From an uncultured Acidobacteriota bacterium (lineage in GTDB: Bacteria; Acidobacteriota; JAQAZP01), in contig CAWIIB010000009.1 in the NCBI GenBank assembly GCA_963836075.1, positions 2,528,001 to 2,592,000 of the forward strand: DNA of 64,000 nucleotides, read 5' to 3'. The position numbers were made by a program, and so were the translations under genes. The notes under the pieces were generated by a model. That model had not been told where the DNA came from, did not search any database, and saw nothing but the letters and a program-made list of their open reading frames with translations. Below are positions 52,666 to 61,240 of this stretch, in pieces. Position 1 is the stretch's first letter, and every line of letters starts with the position of its first letter.

Positions 52666-53516
52666 TCCGCGGCGATCTGCGAACCAAGGTGCTGCTGCTG
52701 GCGGCGGCGCTGCTTCTCTTCGGCAGCAGCGTGGCGGTGGGCGTCCGGCTGGAGTCGGACCGCGAGGACGTGCCGGAGACCGACATCCTTTTTCTGCCCT
52801 CCGGCAAGCACCTCAAGCAGTTGACCCTCGGCTTCGACAACATACTGGCCGACGCCATCTACCTCTGGTCGATCCAGCACTACACCGACTTCACCCGGGA
52901 AACCCGCTACCCCTACCTGCTGCACACCTTCGACGTGATCACCGACCTCGACCCGCAATACATCGACGCATACATGATCGGCGCCCTGACCATCGTGGCC
53001 GAGGGCCAGGACATGGAGCGGGCCACCCGGCTGCTGCACAAGGGGATGGTCAACAACCCCGATGACTACCTGCTGCCCCTGGACGCCGGCTACTACTACC
53101 GCGACACCTTCAAGGATCCGAAGAAGGCGGCGTACTACTTCAACGTGGCCGCCGGCCGGCCGGCAGCCCCGAACTACATCAAGCGGCTCTGTGCCGGGAT
53201 GACCGACCGCACCGGGGACAAAAGAACCTCCTACGAACTCTGGAAGCGGGCCTGGGACGAGGCGGAGAAGGAGGAGGACCGGATGATCAGCGAACGCCAC
53301 CTGCGGATCCTCCATGACGAGATCAATATCGAGGACCTCACCGTGCTGGTGCAGCGCTACCTGGCCCGCGAGGGGCACTTTCCCTCCAGCCTGGACCAGC
53401 TGGTGAGCAGCGGGCTGGCCCGGTCCATACCTTCCGACTGGCAGGGCGAGGAATACGGCTACGACCCGTTCACCGGCAAGGTCAGCGGATCGCAGAAATG
53501 GGTGAGCCATGATTAG
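52662..53516 (+). CDS. TPR-like accessory protein of the pilus ABC transporter (Myxococcus PilG/Geobacter XapA-like)
   Basis: The GTG overlaps the permease stop. N-terminal TM, LGFDNILADAIYLWSIQH, TDLDP and a C-terminal SLDQLV...IPSDWQG..Y.YD motif. Confidence 0.75.
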   Translation: MIRGDLRTKVLLLAAALLLFGSSVAVGVRLESDREDVPETDILFLPSGKHLKQLTLGFDNILADAIYLWSIQHYTDFTRETRYPYLLHTFDVITDLDPQYIDAYMIGALTIVAEGQDMERATRLLHKGMVNNPDDYLLPLDAGYYYRDTFKDPKKAAYYFNVAAGRPAAPNYIKRLCAGMTDRTGDKRTSYELWKRAWDEAEKEEDRMISERHLRILHDEINIEDLTVLVQRYLAREGHFPSSLDQLVSSGLARSIPSDWQGEEYGYDPFTGKVSGSQKWVSHD

Positions 53517-54309
53517 CGACCCGCTGCAACTCCAGGCCCTGACCATCACCATGCTCTGGCTGGCCTTTCCCATGGGCCTCTGCTGGGGCAGCTTCCTCAA
53601 CGTCTGTATCCACCGCCTGCCGCTCTACCAGTCCGTGGTCCGGCCCCGGTCGCGCTGTCCCGGCTGCGGGCAGGCCATCGCCGCCCGGGACAACATCCCC
53701 CTGCTCAGCTGGCTGCTGCTCCGCGGCGCCTGCCGCGGCTGCGGGGCGCGGATCTCCGTCCGCTATCCGGCGGTGGAGCTGCTGGTGGGGCTGCTGACCC
53801 TGCTGCTGGTCTGGCAGCACGGGCCCACACTGGAGCTGGCGACGAGTTTTCTCTTCTGCTCGGCCATGGTGGTGCTGATCTTCACCGACTACGACCACCA
53901 GATCCTGCCCAACCTGGTGACCATCCCCGGAACAGTGGTCGGCTTCCTGTTCAGCCTCTTTCCCGGCGGTGTGACCTGGATCAGCTCGCTGATCGGCCTG
54001 GTGCTGGGCTGGGTGGCCATCGTCGCCGTATCCAAGGCCTACCTCAAAGTGCGCGGTGTGGAGGGGATGGGCATGGGGGACGCCAAGATGATGGCTCTGG
54101 TGGGCGCATTCCTCGGCTGGCCTGGAGTGCTGCTGGTCCTGGTGGTGGGCTCCTTTCTCGGATCGCTGGCCGGTCTCTTTCTGCTCTCCAGCGGCCGCGG
54201 CGGCCTGCAGGCCAAACTGCCCTTCGGTACCTTCCTCGGCATCGCCGGCCTGCTGGCGCTCTTCTTCGGCGATCCGATAATCGGCTGGTATGTGAACCTG
54301 ATTCGATGA
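53509..54309 (+). CDS. pilD: Prepilin peptidase/N-methyltransferase
   Basis: GSFLNVCIHRLP, CPGC/CRGC, RYPAVE, GMGMGDAK and LPFGTFL motifs. Confidence 0.96.
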   Translation: MISDPLQLQALTITMLWLAFPMGLCWGSFLNVCIHRLPLYQSVVRPRSRCPGCGQAIAARDNIPLLSWLLLRGACRGCGARISVRYPAVELLVGLLTLLLVWQHGPTLELATSFLFCSAMVVLIFTDYDHQILPNLVTIPGTVVGFLFSLFPGGVTWISSLIGLVLGWVAIVAVSKAYLKVRGVEGMGMGDAKMMALVGAFLGWPGVLLVLVVGSFLGSLAGLFLLSSGRGGLQAKLPFGTFLGIAGLLALFFGDPIIGWYVNLIR

Positions 54310-54403
54310 AGCCGTTGGCGGACAAGGAACCGTCCCGTTTGTCCGATAAGGAGGGCAAGCGAGGAGACCGCGATGGTCGCGGATCCCGGTGGAGCGTGGG
54401 CTG

Positions 54404-55717
54404 ATGGAATCCGATCTGCTGGAACTGGTCAACCAGTATTTCATATTTTGCCTGGTGGCCGGGGTCTCCTTCCTGGTTGTGCTGGCCTTTATCCGCCGGA
54501 TCATCCGCTCCCGCGAGCGGGACCGGGACCAGCGCCTGCGGGCCGAGTCCCAGGTGATCGATTCCCTGCAGGGGGTGATCCAGAGCCTCAAGGACAAGGA
54601 GCACCAGCTGGAGTCGCTGCGGCGGATGGAGAGCGAGCGGGCAGAGGATTCGCTGGTTCTGAGCGAGAACATCATCAAGAGTATCTCTTCCGGGGTTTTC
54701 ACCTTTGACTGTGAGGGCCGGGTGGTGAACATGAACCTTCCCGCATCCACCGTGCTGGCCCGCGACCATCGGGAGATGACCGGGGTGGGCTACCGGGAAC
54801 TCTTTTCCGGGTGCCCCGGGTTCAGGGAGATCATCCGGGCCAGCCTGGAGGAGGGCCGGTTCTTCTCCCGGGAGGAGGTGGTCATCGAGCGGAGCCCCGG
54901 GGACACCAGATACCTCGGGGTCAGCGCCAGCCCGCTGCGCAGCCGCAACGACGAGGTGATCGGCTCGATCTGCCTCTTCACCGACCTGACCGAGATACGG
55001 CAGCTGCAGGACCAGGTGCTGCTGCGCGAAAACCTGGCCCGCCTGGGCGAGATGTCGGCCGGCATCGCCCACGAGTTCCGCAACGGCCTGGCCGCCATCC
55101 AGGGGTACGCCCAGCTGGTGAGCCGCAACCCGGAGGACGGCCGGGTGGCCGAGCACGCCGGGGAAATCCTCAAGGAGACCCGGACCCTGGGCAAGGTGGT
55201 CAACGATTTCCTCGCCTTTGCCCGCCCCGCATCCCCGCGTCTGGAACGGGTGGAGCTGGGACAGCTGCTGGAGGAATGCCTGGCCGAAGTGACCCCCCCC
55301 GGCGAGGACGACGGCATGGACTTCAGCCTGGAAGGCGACTTCCCGGCGGTGAACGGTGACGAGACCCTGCTGCGCCAGGCCTTTCTCAACCTGCTGCGCA
55401 ACGCCCGCCAGGCGGTCCGTGCGGTGCGGGACGAGGGCGGGGAGGTCCGGGTGCTGGGGGCAGCGGGCGATGGCGGCACGGTGGCCCTCGAGATCCGGGA
55501 CAACGGCATGGGCATCGAGGAACAGAACCTCGACCGGATCTTCCTCCCCTTCTTCACCACCCGGGAGGAGGGCACCGGCCTGGGGCTGGCCCTGGTGCAG
55601 AAGATCATCCTCTCGCACAACGGAACGATCCAGGTGAGCAGCCGTACGGGGCAGGGCTCCACCTTCCGGGTCACCCTGCAGCCCTGGCGGCCGGAACCCT
55701 CCGACAACCCCGGTTAA
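54404..55717 (+). CDS. PAS-domain sensor histidine kinase
   Basis: Single TM, PAS domain, AHEFRN H-box, NLLRNA, DNGMG, PFFTT and GTGLGL motifs. Confidence 0.9.
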   Translation: MESDLLELVNQYFIFCLVAGVSFLVVLAFIRRIIRSRERDRDQRLRAESQVIDSLQGVIQSLKDKEHQLESLRRMESERAEDSLVLSENIIKSISSGVFTFDCEGRVVNMNLPASTVLARDHREMTGVGYRELFSGCPGFREIIRASLEEGRFFSREEVVIERSPGDTRYLGVSASPLRSRNDEVIGSICLFTDLTEIRQLQDQVLLRENLARLGEMSAGIAHEFRNGLAAIQGYAQLVSRNPEDGRVAEHAGEILKETRTLGKVVNDFLAFARPASPRLERVELGQLLEECLAEVTPPGEDDGMDFSLEGDFPAVNGDETLLRQAFLNLLRNARQAVRAVRDEGGEVRVLGAAGDGGTVALEIRDNGMGIEEQNLDRIFLPFFTTREEGTGLGLALVQKIILSHNGTIQVSSRTGQGSTFRVTLQPWRPEPSDNPG

Positions 55718-55783
55718 CGGTTCCGCCAACCGGCGTTCACTCTCCGGCGGCTCCAGCCGGCACCCTCCCTCTGGGGCCGGCCG

Positions 55784-55799
55784 TGGCACGTTGTTTGCT
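55784..55799 (+). promoter_or_regulatory. Sigma54 promoter of the minor pilin operon
   Basis: TGGCAC-gttgt-TTGCT, a perfect -24/-12 consensus. Confidence 0.8.
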
Positions 55800-55811
55800 G
55801 TCACTGTTGCC

Positions 55812-56228
55812 ATGAACCCCGCGCCGCACAATACAACGGGCCAACAGGGCATCGGCCTTGCCGAATGCACCGCAGCGTTGCTGATCCTCGCCGTGGGCGC
55901 CCTGGCCGGCATGGAACTGGTGGTCCTCTCGGCCAGGTCGGGCGACGCCCTGCAGCGGCAGGCCGCGGCCAACACCCTGCTGGCCGGCCGCATGGAAGAA
56001 CTGCTGTCCCTGCCCTACGACGATCCGGCCCTGGAACCGGGCGGGTCGCTCATCCTGCCCCGGCCCGGGTACAGCGAAGAAGTGACCCTCGACGGCAGGT
56101 CGTGGCTGTTGCACCGTCAGGTAGCCATGGAGGCCGGCGGCCAAAAACTGGTCACCCTCACCGTGGTGTTGGCGGGGGAGGGGGGCCGTCGGCCCGGCGC
56201 CCGGCTCTCCGCGTGGGTGGTCCCGTGA
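55812..56228 (+). CDS. Minor pilin, PilV-like
   Basis: QQG/IGLAECTAALLILAVG class III signal with E5, and a RMEEL motif. Confidence 0.7.
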   Translation: MNPAPHNTTGQQGIGLAECTAALLILAVGALAGMELVVLSARSGDALQRQAAANTLLAGRMEELLSLPYDDPALEPGGSLILPRPGYSEEVTLDGRSWLLHRQVAMEAGGQKLVTLTVVLAGEGGRRPGARLSAWVVP

Positions 56229-56911
56229 CCGGGCGGGCTGCCGGGTTCACCCTGGCCGAGACCGCCGCCGCCCTATTCCTCGGGCTGCTCATTTCCGCCG
56301 CGGTGCTGACGCTGCTCACCGCGGTGCAGCGGTCCGAGGCACGGTTTCAGGGCGACGCCCAGCGGGCGGCCTCCCTGCGCCGGGGAGCCCAGCGGATCTG
56401 CCGGGCGGTGCGTCTTGCCGGGGCCGGAGCAGGCGATGTGCCGCCGGTTTTCGCCCCCCTGGAGGAGGCTGGGCCGGAGAGTCTGACCATCCTGTGCGAC
56501 CTCGATGGCGACGGCCTGGCCGGGGGCGGGGGGGAGCGGGTCAGTTACCGCCTGGACGGAGATGTGCTGCGCCAGGGCAGCGCTCCGGTGGCCGAGGGGG
56601 TGCAGTCCCTCAACTTCACCTACCGGGTGGCTGCCGGTGTTGACGGGCTGCGCGACTGGACGGACAACGACGCTGACGGCCTGGTTGATGAACGGGGTGA
56701 ACTGCGGCGAACCGCTGCCCCGGTCTCCCGCCGGGACGACGGCCGCGACAACGACGGTGACGGCGAGATCGACGAAACGGACGAGTCGGAGACCTGGCAC
56801 GTGCGGGTGGTGGAGGTGGTGCTGGCCGGCCACGGACCGTTGGGCGGTTCGGGGCAGGCAGCCCGGCGGGAAGTACGGGCTGCCGCCGCCCTGCTGTGCC
56901 GGTTGCGCTGA
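56225..56911 (+). CDS. Minor pilin, PilW-like, with acidic DxDxDG repeats
   Basis: The GTG overlaps the previous stop. AAG/FTLAETAAAL signal, VRLAGAG, PVAEGVQSLNFTY and DNDGDGEIDE motifs. Confidence 0.72.
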   Translation: MTGRAAGFTLAETAAALFLGLLISAAVLTLLTAVQRSEARFQGDAQRAASLRRGAQRICRAVRLAGAGAGDVPPVFAPLEEAGPESLTILCDLDGDGLAGGGGERVSYRLDGDVLRQGSAPVAEGVQSLNFTYRVAAGVDGLRDWTDNDADGLVDERGELRRTAAPVSRRDDGRDNDGDGEIDETDESETWHVRVVEVVLAGHGPLGGSGQAARREVRAAAALLCRLR

Positions 56912-56927
56912 GCAAGGAGAGTGACCG

Positions 56928-58672
56928 ATGAAACAGTGCGCCAGTGATTCCCGCGGCTCGGCCCTGCCGGCGGCGCTCTTCCTCGCCGCCATGCTGGCGC
57001 TGGTGGGCGCATCCCTGCACCTGGCGGTGCAGACCGAGCAGCGGCTGGCCGTCAACTGTCTGGAAAGCGACCGGGCACGGCTGGCCGCTCTCTCCGCCCT
57101 GCGCCACCGGACGGCCCAGCTGCGGCAGGCCCTGGCCCGGTTCCGGCTCCCCGAGGGTCTGGACACGACCGACGCCGAACGCTACCGGGACGACTTCCTC
57201 TCCGCCGAGCCGGAACGCTGTCTGAGCCTGCTGGAGGACGGTGTTCACGAGCTGGAAACCCGCTTCGGCCCCTGGACCCTGGAGCTGCCGCTGGCCGGGG
57301 CCGCACTGACCGACCTGGACCAGCTGGCCTGCTGCCGGGCGGCCTGCCACCTGGAGCCGGACGGGGTCAGCGGCAACCCGGCCACCGGGCTCTCCTTCAC
57401 TTACCGCTGCCGGGTCACCGGCGAGGGCCGCAGCAGTTCACCGGGCCGGGAGCGGGCCGGGGCGGCCTATTGCCGCGAGGAGAGTCGGTTTACCATCATC
57501 CTGGCCCGGTTCCCCCGCTGCCACTGGCAGCTCTGCCTGCCCGCCGGGGGGGACCACCCCGGCGATCCCCGGCTCCACCTGCCGCCGCTCTGCTTTGCCG
57601 GTCCGGTGAGGACGTGGGGCTGGCCCGGTTTCGCCGGCACCGGCCGGCCCCGGTCGGGCCTGCCGCGCTTCCAGCGGGCCTTTCTCAACCCCCGGGACGA
57701 CCGGGCCTCCTGGTCGTTGACCGCCGAGGCCGATCCGCAGTTCGCCGCCGGCGGTTTCCCCTGCCGTCTCAAACCGGACGCACCTCTCCCGCCCCCGGGG
57801 AACCTGGCCCGGGCCGCGCTGGGGCTTTCCCCCGGCCCCGGCCCGATCCTCGGCGCCGACGAACTGCTGCAGGCCCTGGGGCTGCCCGCGGGCACCGGGC
57901 GTCCGCCGGCTGGTGTCTACCTCCTGCGTGACGGTGAGCTCACCGGCGGCATCTACGTGGAGGGCGACCTGGCCCTGCTGGAAATCAGGGGCGAGGAGCA
58001 GCAGCAGGTTTTTCTGCTGCAGACCGCCGCCGGGCTGCCCCCGCTGGAAGTGCGGGTGGACCGCCGGCAGCAGACCACCTGGATCGACTCCGTTCCCCTC
58101 CCGGGCCTGCTGGAGGGCCCGCTCTATGTGGAGGGGAGCATCCACTCCCTGGGCACCGGCGCCGGGGCAGGCGGGCCGGTGCCGCCGGCCCTGGCGCCCG
58201 GGGTTACGCTCACCGTCGCCGCATCCGGGGACATGGTGCTCAGTGATCACCTGGTCTACTCCGCCTCCCCGGGGCCCTTCCCCGATCCGCGGGCCGTTCC
58301 ACCGGCCGATGGTCAACTGCTGGGGCTTTATTCCAGCGGCTGCCGGGCCGACGGGTACGGCCTGCGGCGGACCGGGCATGGTTCTCCAGGGGCCTGCGGA
58401 GGGGCGTCTGCGTCTCGATGCCGTGCTGGCCGTGGGCGGCGAGGGGCGCGGGGTCCGGTGGGGCGGGGAGAGCGGTACCGGTTCTTTTCGGCGCCCTCAC
58501 CGTGGAACGCCTGGTGCAGCCGCGGCTCTTCTCCGGGATCACCGTGACCTACGACTCCCGGTTGGCCGACCCCGCGTTCCGACCGCCCGGTTGGCCCGCC
58601 GGCCCCTCCCTTGAGGCCTATCTGGCGTCCTGGGAGATGGCTCTGCGGGAGGAAATCTCCCCCTATCACTGA
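56928..58672 (+). CDS. PilX-like minor pilin with a large C-terminal domain; two apparent +1 frameshifts (about 58355 and 58478)
   Basis: SRG/SALPAAL signal lacking E5 (a PilX hallmark), GGIYVEGD and LTVAASGDMV motifs, and a final-frame YDSRLADPAFRPP tail ending at 58672. Confidence 0.7.
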
Positions 58673-58717
58673 ATATCCTGCCGGCCGTGGTAAATCCTTT
58701 ATTTCTCGTTAGCTGCC

Positions 58718-58745
58718 TTGACGTCCGCTCCTTCGGGCCTATAAT
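58718..58745 (+). promoter_or_regulatory. Sigma70-type promoter
   Basis: TTGACG-N16-TATAAT. Confidence 0.7.
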
Positions 58746-58751
58746 TCAAAG

Positions 58752-58886
58752 AGCTACGATAATTCCCTGGACCAACTGATCTGTCTGCGGACCCCGGTCT
58801 CAAGAGCCGTGCCGAAGGCACCGATAAGGGGAGCAGCGATCTGGTAGCCGGTCAATCGGCCGGCCTCACTGGAGGTATGGAAACCC
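58752..58886 (+). promoter_or_regulatory. Candidate structured 5' leader (riboswitch-like)
   Basis: Nested ACCA/TGGT, GATC/GATC, CTGC/GCAG and CCCC/GGGG pairs, a GTGCC-gaa-GGCAC hairpin, a GCCGGTC/GGCCGGC hairpin, and CCTC able to pair with the GGAGG RBS. Confidence 0.4.
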
Positions 58887-59525
58887 ATGAGCAGAGCAAA
58901 CAGCGGCATTTCAGATGGACGGCCCCGTGTGGGCCTCCTGGCGGCAGTTATCGTCCTGGCCTTCCTGGTCTTTGCCGGAACATCCCTCTCCGGGGTGCTG
59001 GCCGGGCCGGCCCAGGAAAAGGGCCAGGAGGAACCGAAGGAGAAGGAGGACCAGCCGAAGAAATTCACCAACAAGGATTTGAGGCGAGGCTCCAGCCCCT
59101 CCACCAGCGGGAACGAGACACCGGCCGCCGGCGAGGACGGGCAGGCCGCCGAAGGCGCGGAGCCGGGGGATGAGGCCGGAGAAGCGTCGGAAGACCAGCA
59201 GGACCCCTGGGACGGTGTGGGTGTGGCCACCGATGAGCAGGGCCGCGGGGAGGCCTACTGGCGGCAAGCCATGTCCGACGCCCGGGGCGCGGTGACCGCG
59301 GCCCAGGCGGAGCATGACCGGCTGCAGAGCGAGATGAACCTCAAACGGAGCGAATTCACCGCCATCGACGACCCGGCTGCCCGGGCCCTGGTGGATGACA
59401 GGATCCAGGAACTCTATGGTTTGCTGGATCAATCAAAAGCAGCCGTGGCCGACGCCGAAAAGGCCCTCAGCGACCTGCAGGAAGACGCCCGCCGGTCCGG
59501 GGCCCTGCCCGGGTGGTTGAGGTAG
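58887..59525 (+). CDS. Secreted acidic coiled-coil protein (KKFTNKDL motif, DUF4124-like)
   Basis: Signal peptide, FTNKDL, EAYWR, coiled coil, C-terminal ARRSGALPGWLR. Confidence 0.75.
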   Translation: MSRANSGISDGRPRVGLLAAVIVLAFLVFAGTSLSGVLAGPAQEKGQEEPKEKEDQPKKFTNKDLRRGSSPSTSGNETPAAGEDGQAAEGAEPGDEAGEASEDQQDPWDGVGVATDEQGRGEAYWRQAMSDARGAVTAAQAEHDRLQSEMNLKRSEFTAIDDPAARALVDDRIQELYGLLDQSKAAVADAEKALSDLQEDARRSGALPGWLR

Positions 59526-59550
59526 GAGGCAGCCCGAAGGGAACACCGAC

Positions 59551-60972
59551 GTGAACCGGATTCTGGTGGTGGAAGACAAGGCGAGCCTGCGCCAGATGCT
59601 GCATGCCACCCTGGAGGGTGCGGGCTACGAGGTGGAGACCGCTTCGGAGGGCAAGGCGGCGCTGCGCACCCTGAAGGAAAAGCGCTACCTGCTGGTGATC
59701 ACCGATCTGCGGCTGCCCGGGGCGGACGGCATGCAGGTGCTGCGCCAGGCCCGGGAGAGCGACCCTGACGTGCCGGTGATCGTGATGACCGGGTACGGCT
59801 CGGTGGAACTGGCTGTGGAGGCGATGAAGGAAGGGGCTTTCGACTTCCTCACCAAGCCGGTGGACATGGACCACCTGCTGCTGCTCATCGGCCGGGTGGT
59901 GGACCAGCGGCGGCTGCAGTTCGAGAACCTGCTGTTCCGGGAGATCTTCGCCGAGACCATGGGCTTCCCCCGGATCATCGGTGCGGACACCGGGCTCCGC
60001 GAGATCCTGGCCAAGACACGGAAGGTGGCCCCCACTGCGGCCACCGTGCTGATCACCGGGGAGAGCGGCACCGGCAAGGAACTGATCGCCCGGGCGATCC
60101 ACCACCTCAGCGGGCGGCAGGAGCGGCCGTTCGTGGCCATCAACTGTGCCGCCATTCCCGCAACCCTGCTGGAGAGCGAACTGTTCGGCCACGAGAAGGG
60201 CGCCTTCACCGGGGCAGTGGCCCTGAAGAAGGGGAAGTTCGAACTGGCCGACGGCGGCACCCTCTTTCTCGACGAGATCGGGGAGATCCCCCCCGAGCTC
60301 CAGCCGAAGATCCTCCGGGTGCTGCAGGAGAAGACCTTCGAGCGGGTGGGAGGCACCAAGACCATCGGGGCCGACGTCCGCATCCTCGCCGCCACCAACC
60401 GCGAACTCACCGCCCGGATCAGGGAGGGCGCGTTCCGGCAGGACCTCTACTTCCGGCTCAACGTCTTCCCGGTGCACATGCCGCCGCTGCGGGCTCGCCG
60501 CGGTGACATCCCCCTGCTGGCCGAGGAGTTTGTCCGCCGCTTTTCCCGGGAGGTGCGGCAGCGAATGGAGATGACGCTCACCGCCGATGCGCTGGAGCGG
60601 CTGGCGGCCCACGACTGGCCCGGCAACATCCGCGAACTGGAGAACTGTATCGAGCGGGCGGTGATCCTGGCCAACGGCAGTGAAATCCCGGCCAGCCTGC
60701 TCAGTATCGGCCAGTCACCATCCCCCGGCGGCCGCCCTGCTGACCTGGAGGCTTTCCGGCAACTGGTCGATCTGGAAGGCACACTGTCCGAGGCGGCCGG
60801 CCGGGCCGCGGCCCTGGCGGAAAAAATCAAAATCAACCAGGCCCTGGAGGAGAGCGGCGGCGTGCGCTCCAGGGCGGCCCAGTCCCTGGGCGTGAGCCAG
60901 AAGACGCTGCTGGCCAAGATCCGGGAGTACGGCCTGGATGAGGCCGGCGCCGGTGCAGCGCCGGCCCCCTGA
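59551..60972 (+). CDS. Sigma54-dependent response regulator (NtrC family)
   Basis: Receiver domain, GESGTGKE, ESELFGHEKGAFTGA, WPGNIRELEN and an HTH. Confidence 0.93.
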   Translation: MNRILVVEDKASLRQMLHATLEGAGYEVETASEGKAALRTLKEKRYLLVITDLRLPGADGMQVLRQARESDPDVPVIVMTGYGSVELAVEAMKEGAFDFLTKPVDMDHLLLLIGRVVDQRRLQFENLLFREIFAETMGFPRIIGADTGLREILAKTRKVAPTAATVLITGESGTGKELIARAIHHLSGRQERPFVAINCAAIPATLLESELFGHEKGAFTGAVALKKGKFELADGGTLFLDEIGEIPPELQPKILRVLQEKTFERVGGTKTIGADVRILAATNRELTARIREGAFRQDLYFRLNVFPVHMPPLRARRGDIPLLAEEFVRRFSREVRQRMEMTLTADALERLAAHDWPGNIRELENCIERAVILANGSEIPASLLSIGQSPSPGGRPADLEAFRQLVDLEGTLSEAAGRAAALAEKIKINQALEESGGVRSRAAQSLGVSQKTLLAKIREYGLDEAGAGAAPAP

Positions 60973-61104
60973 TTTCCTGCGGCAGTCCCGCCAGCTCATT
61001 TCTTGACTTGATCCTTTACCTTTGTTACCCTTCGCCTCTTCCCGGGGACCGGCCGGACACAGGTGATGTCTGCCCGCACCCGGTGGAGAAAGACGCGTGA
61101 AACG

Positions 61105-61126
61105 GGGCCAGGTGTGGTCCTTTTTT
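61105..61126 (+). terminator. Possible intrinsic terminator/attenuator upstream of arcE
   Basis: GGGCCA-ggtg-TGGTCC-TTTTTT. Confidence 0.45.
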
Positions 61127-61240
61127 CGTTGCTTTTGAAGGCGGCCGGACTACCGTCCACGGGTCCGGGACGGCCGCCCCATGGGTGCCGGAGTTGTGGG
61201 GCTCGTTTTCCCCGACGCGGTGCGAGAAGGAGAGTTTTTC

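Noticed and set aside
39578-58672. Interpreting the frameshifted pilus-modification genes as true pseudogenes (a decaying island)
   Set aside because: The housekeeping gene folD shows the same lesion, no in-frame stops accumulate, and every lesion sits at GTAC, which points to systematic sequencing error.
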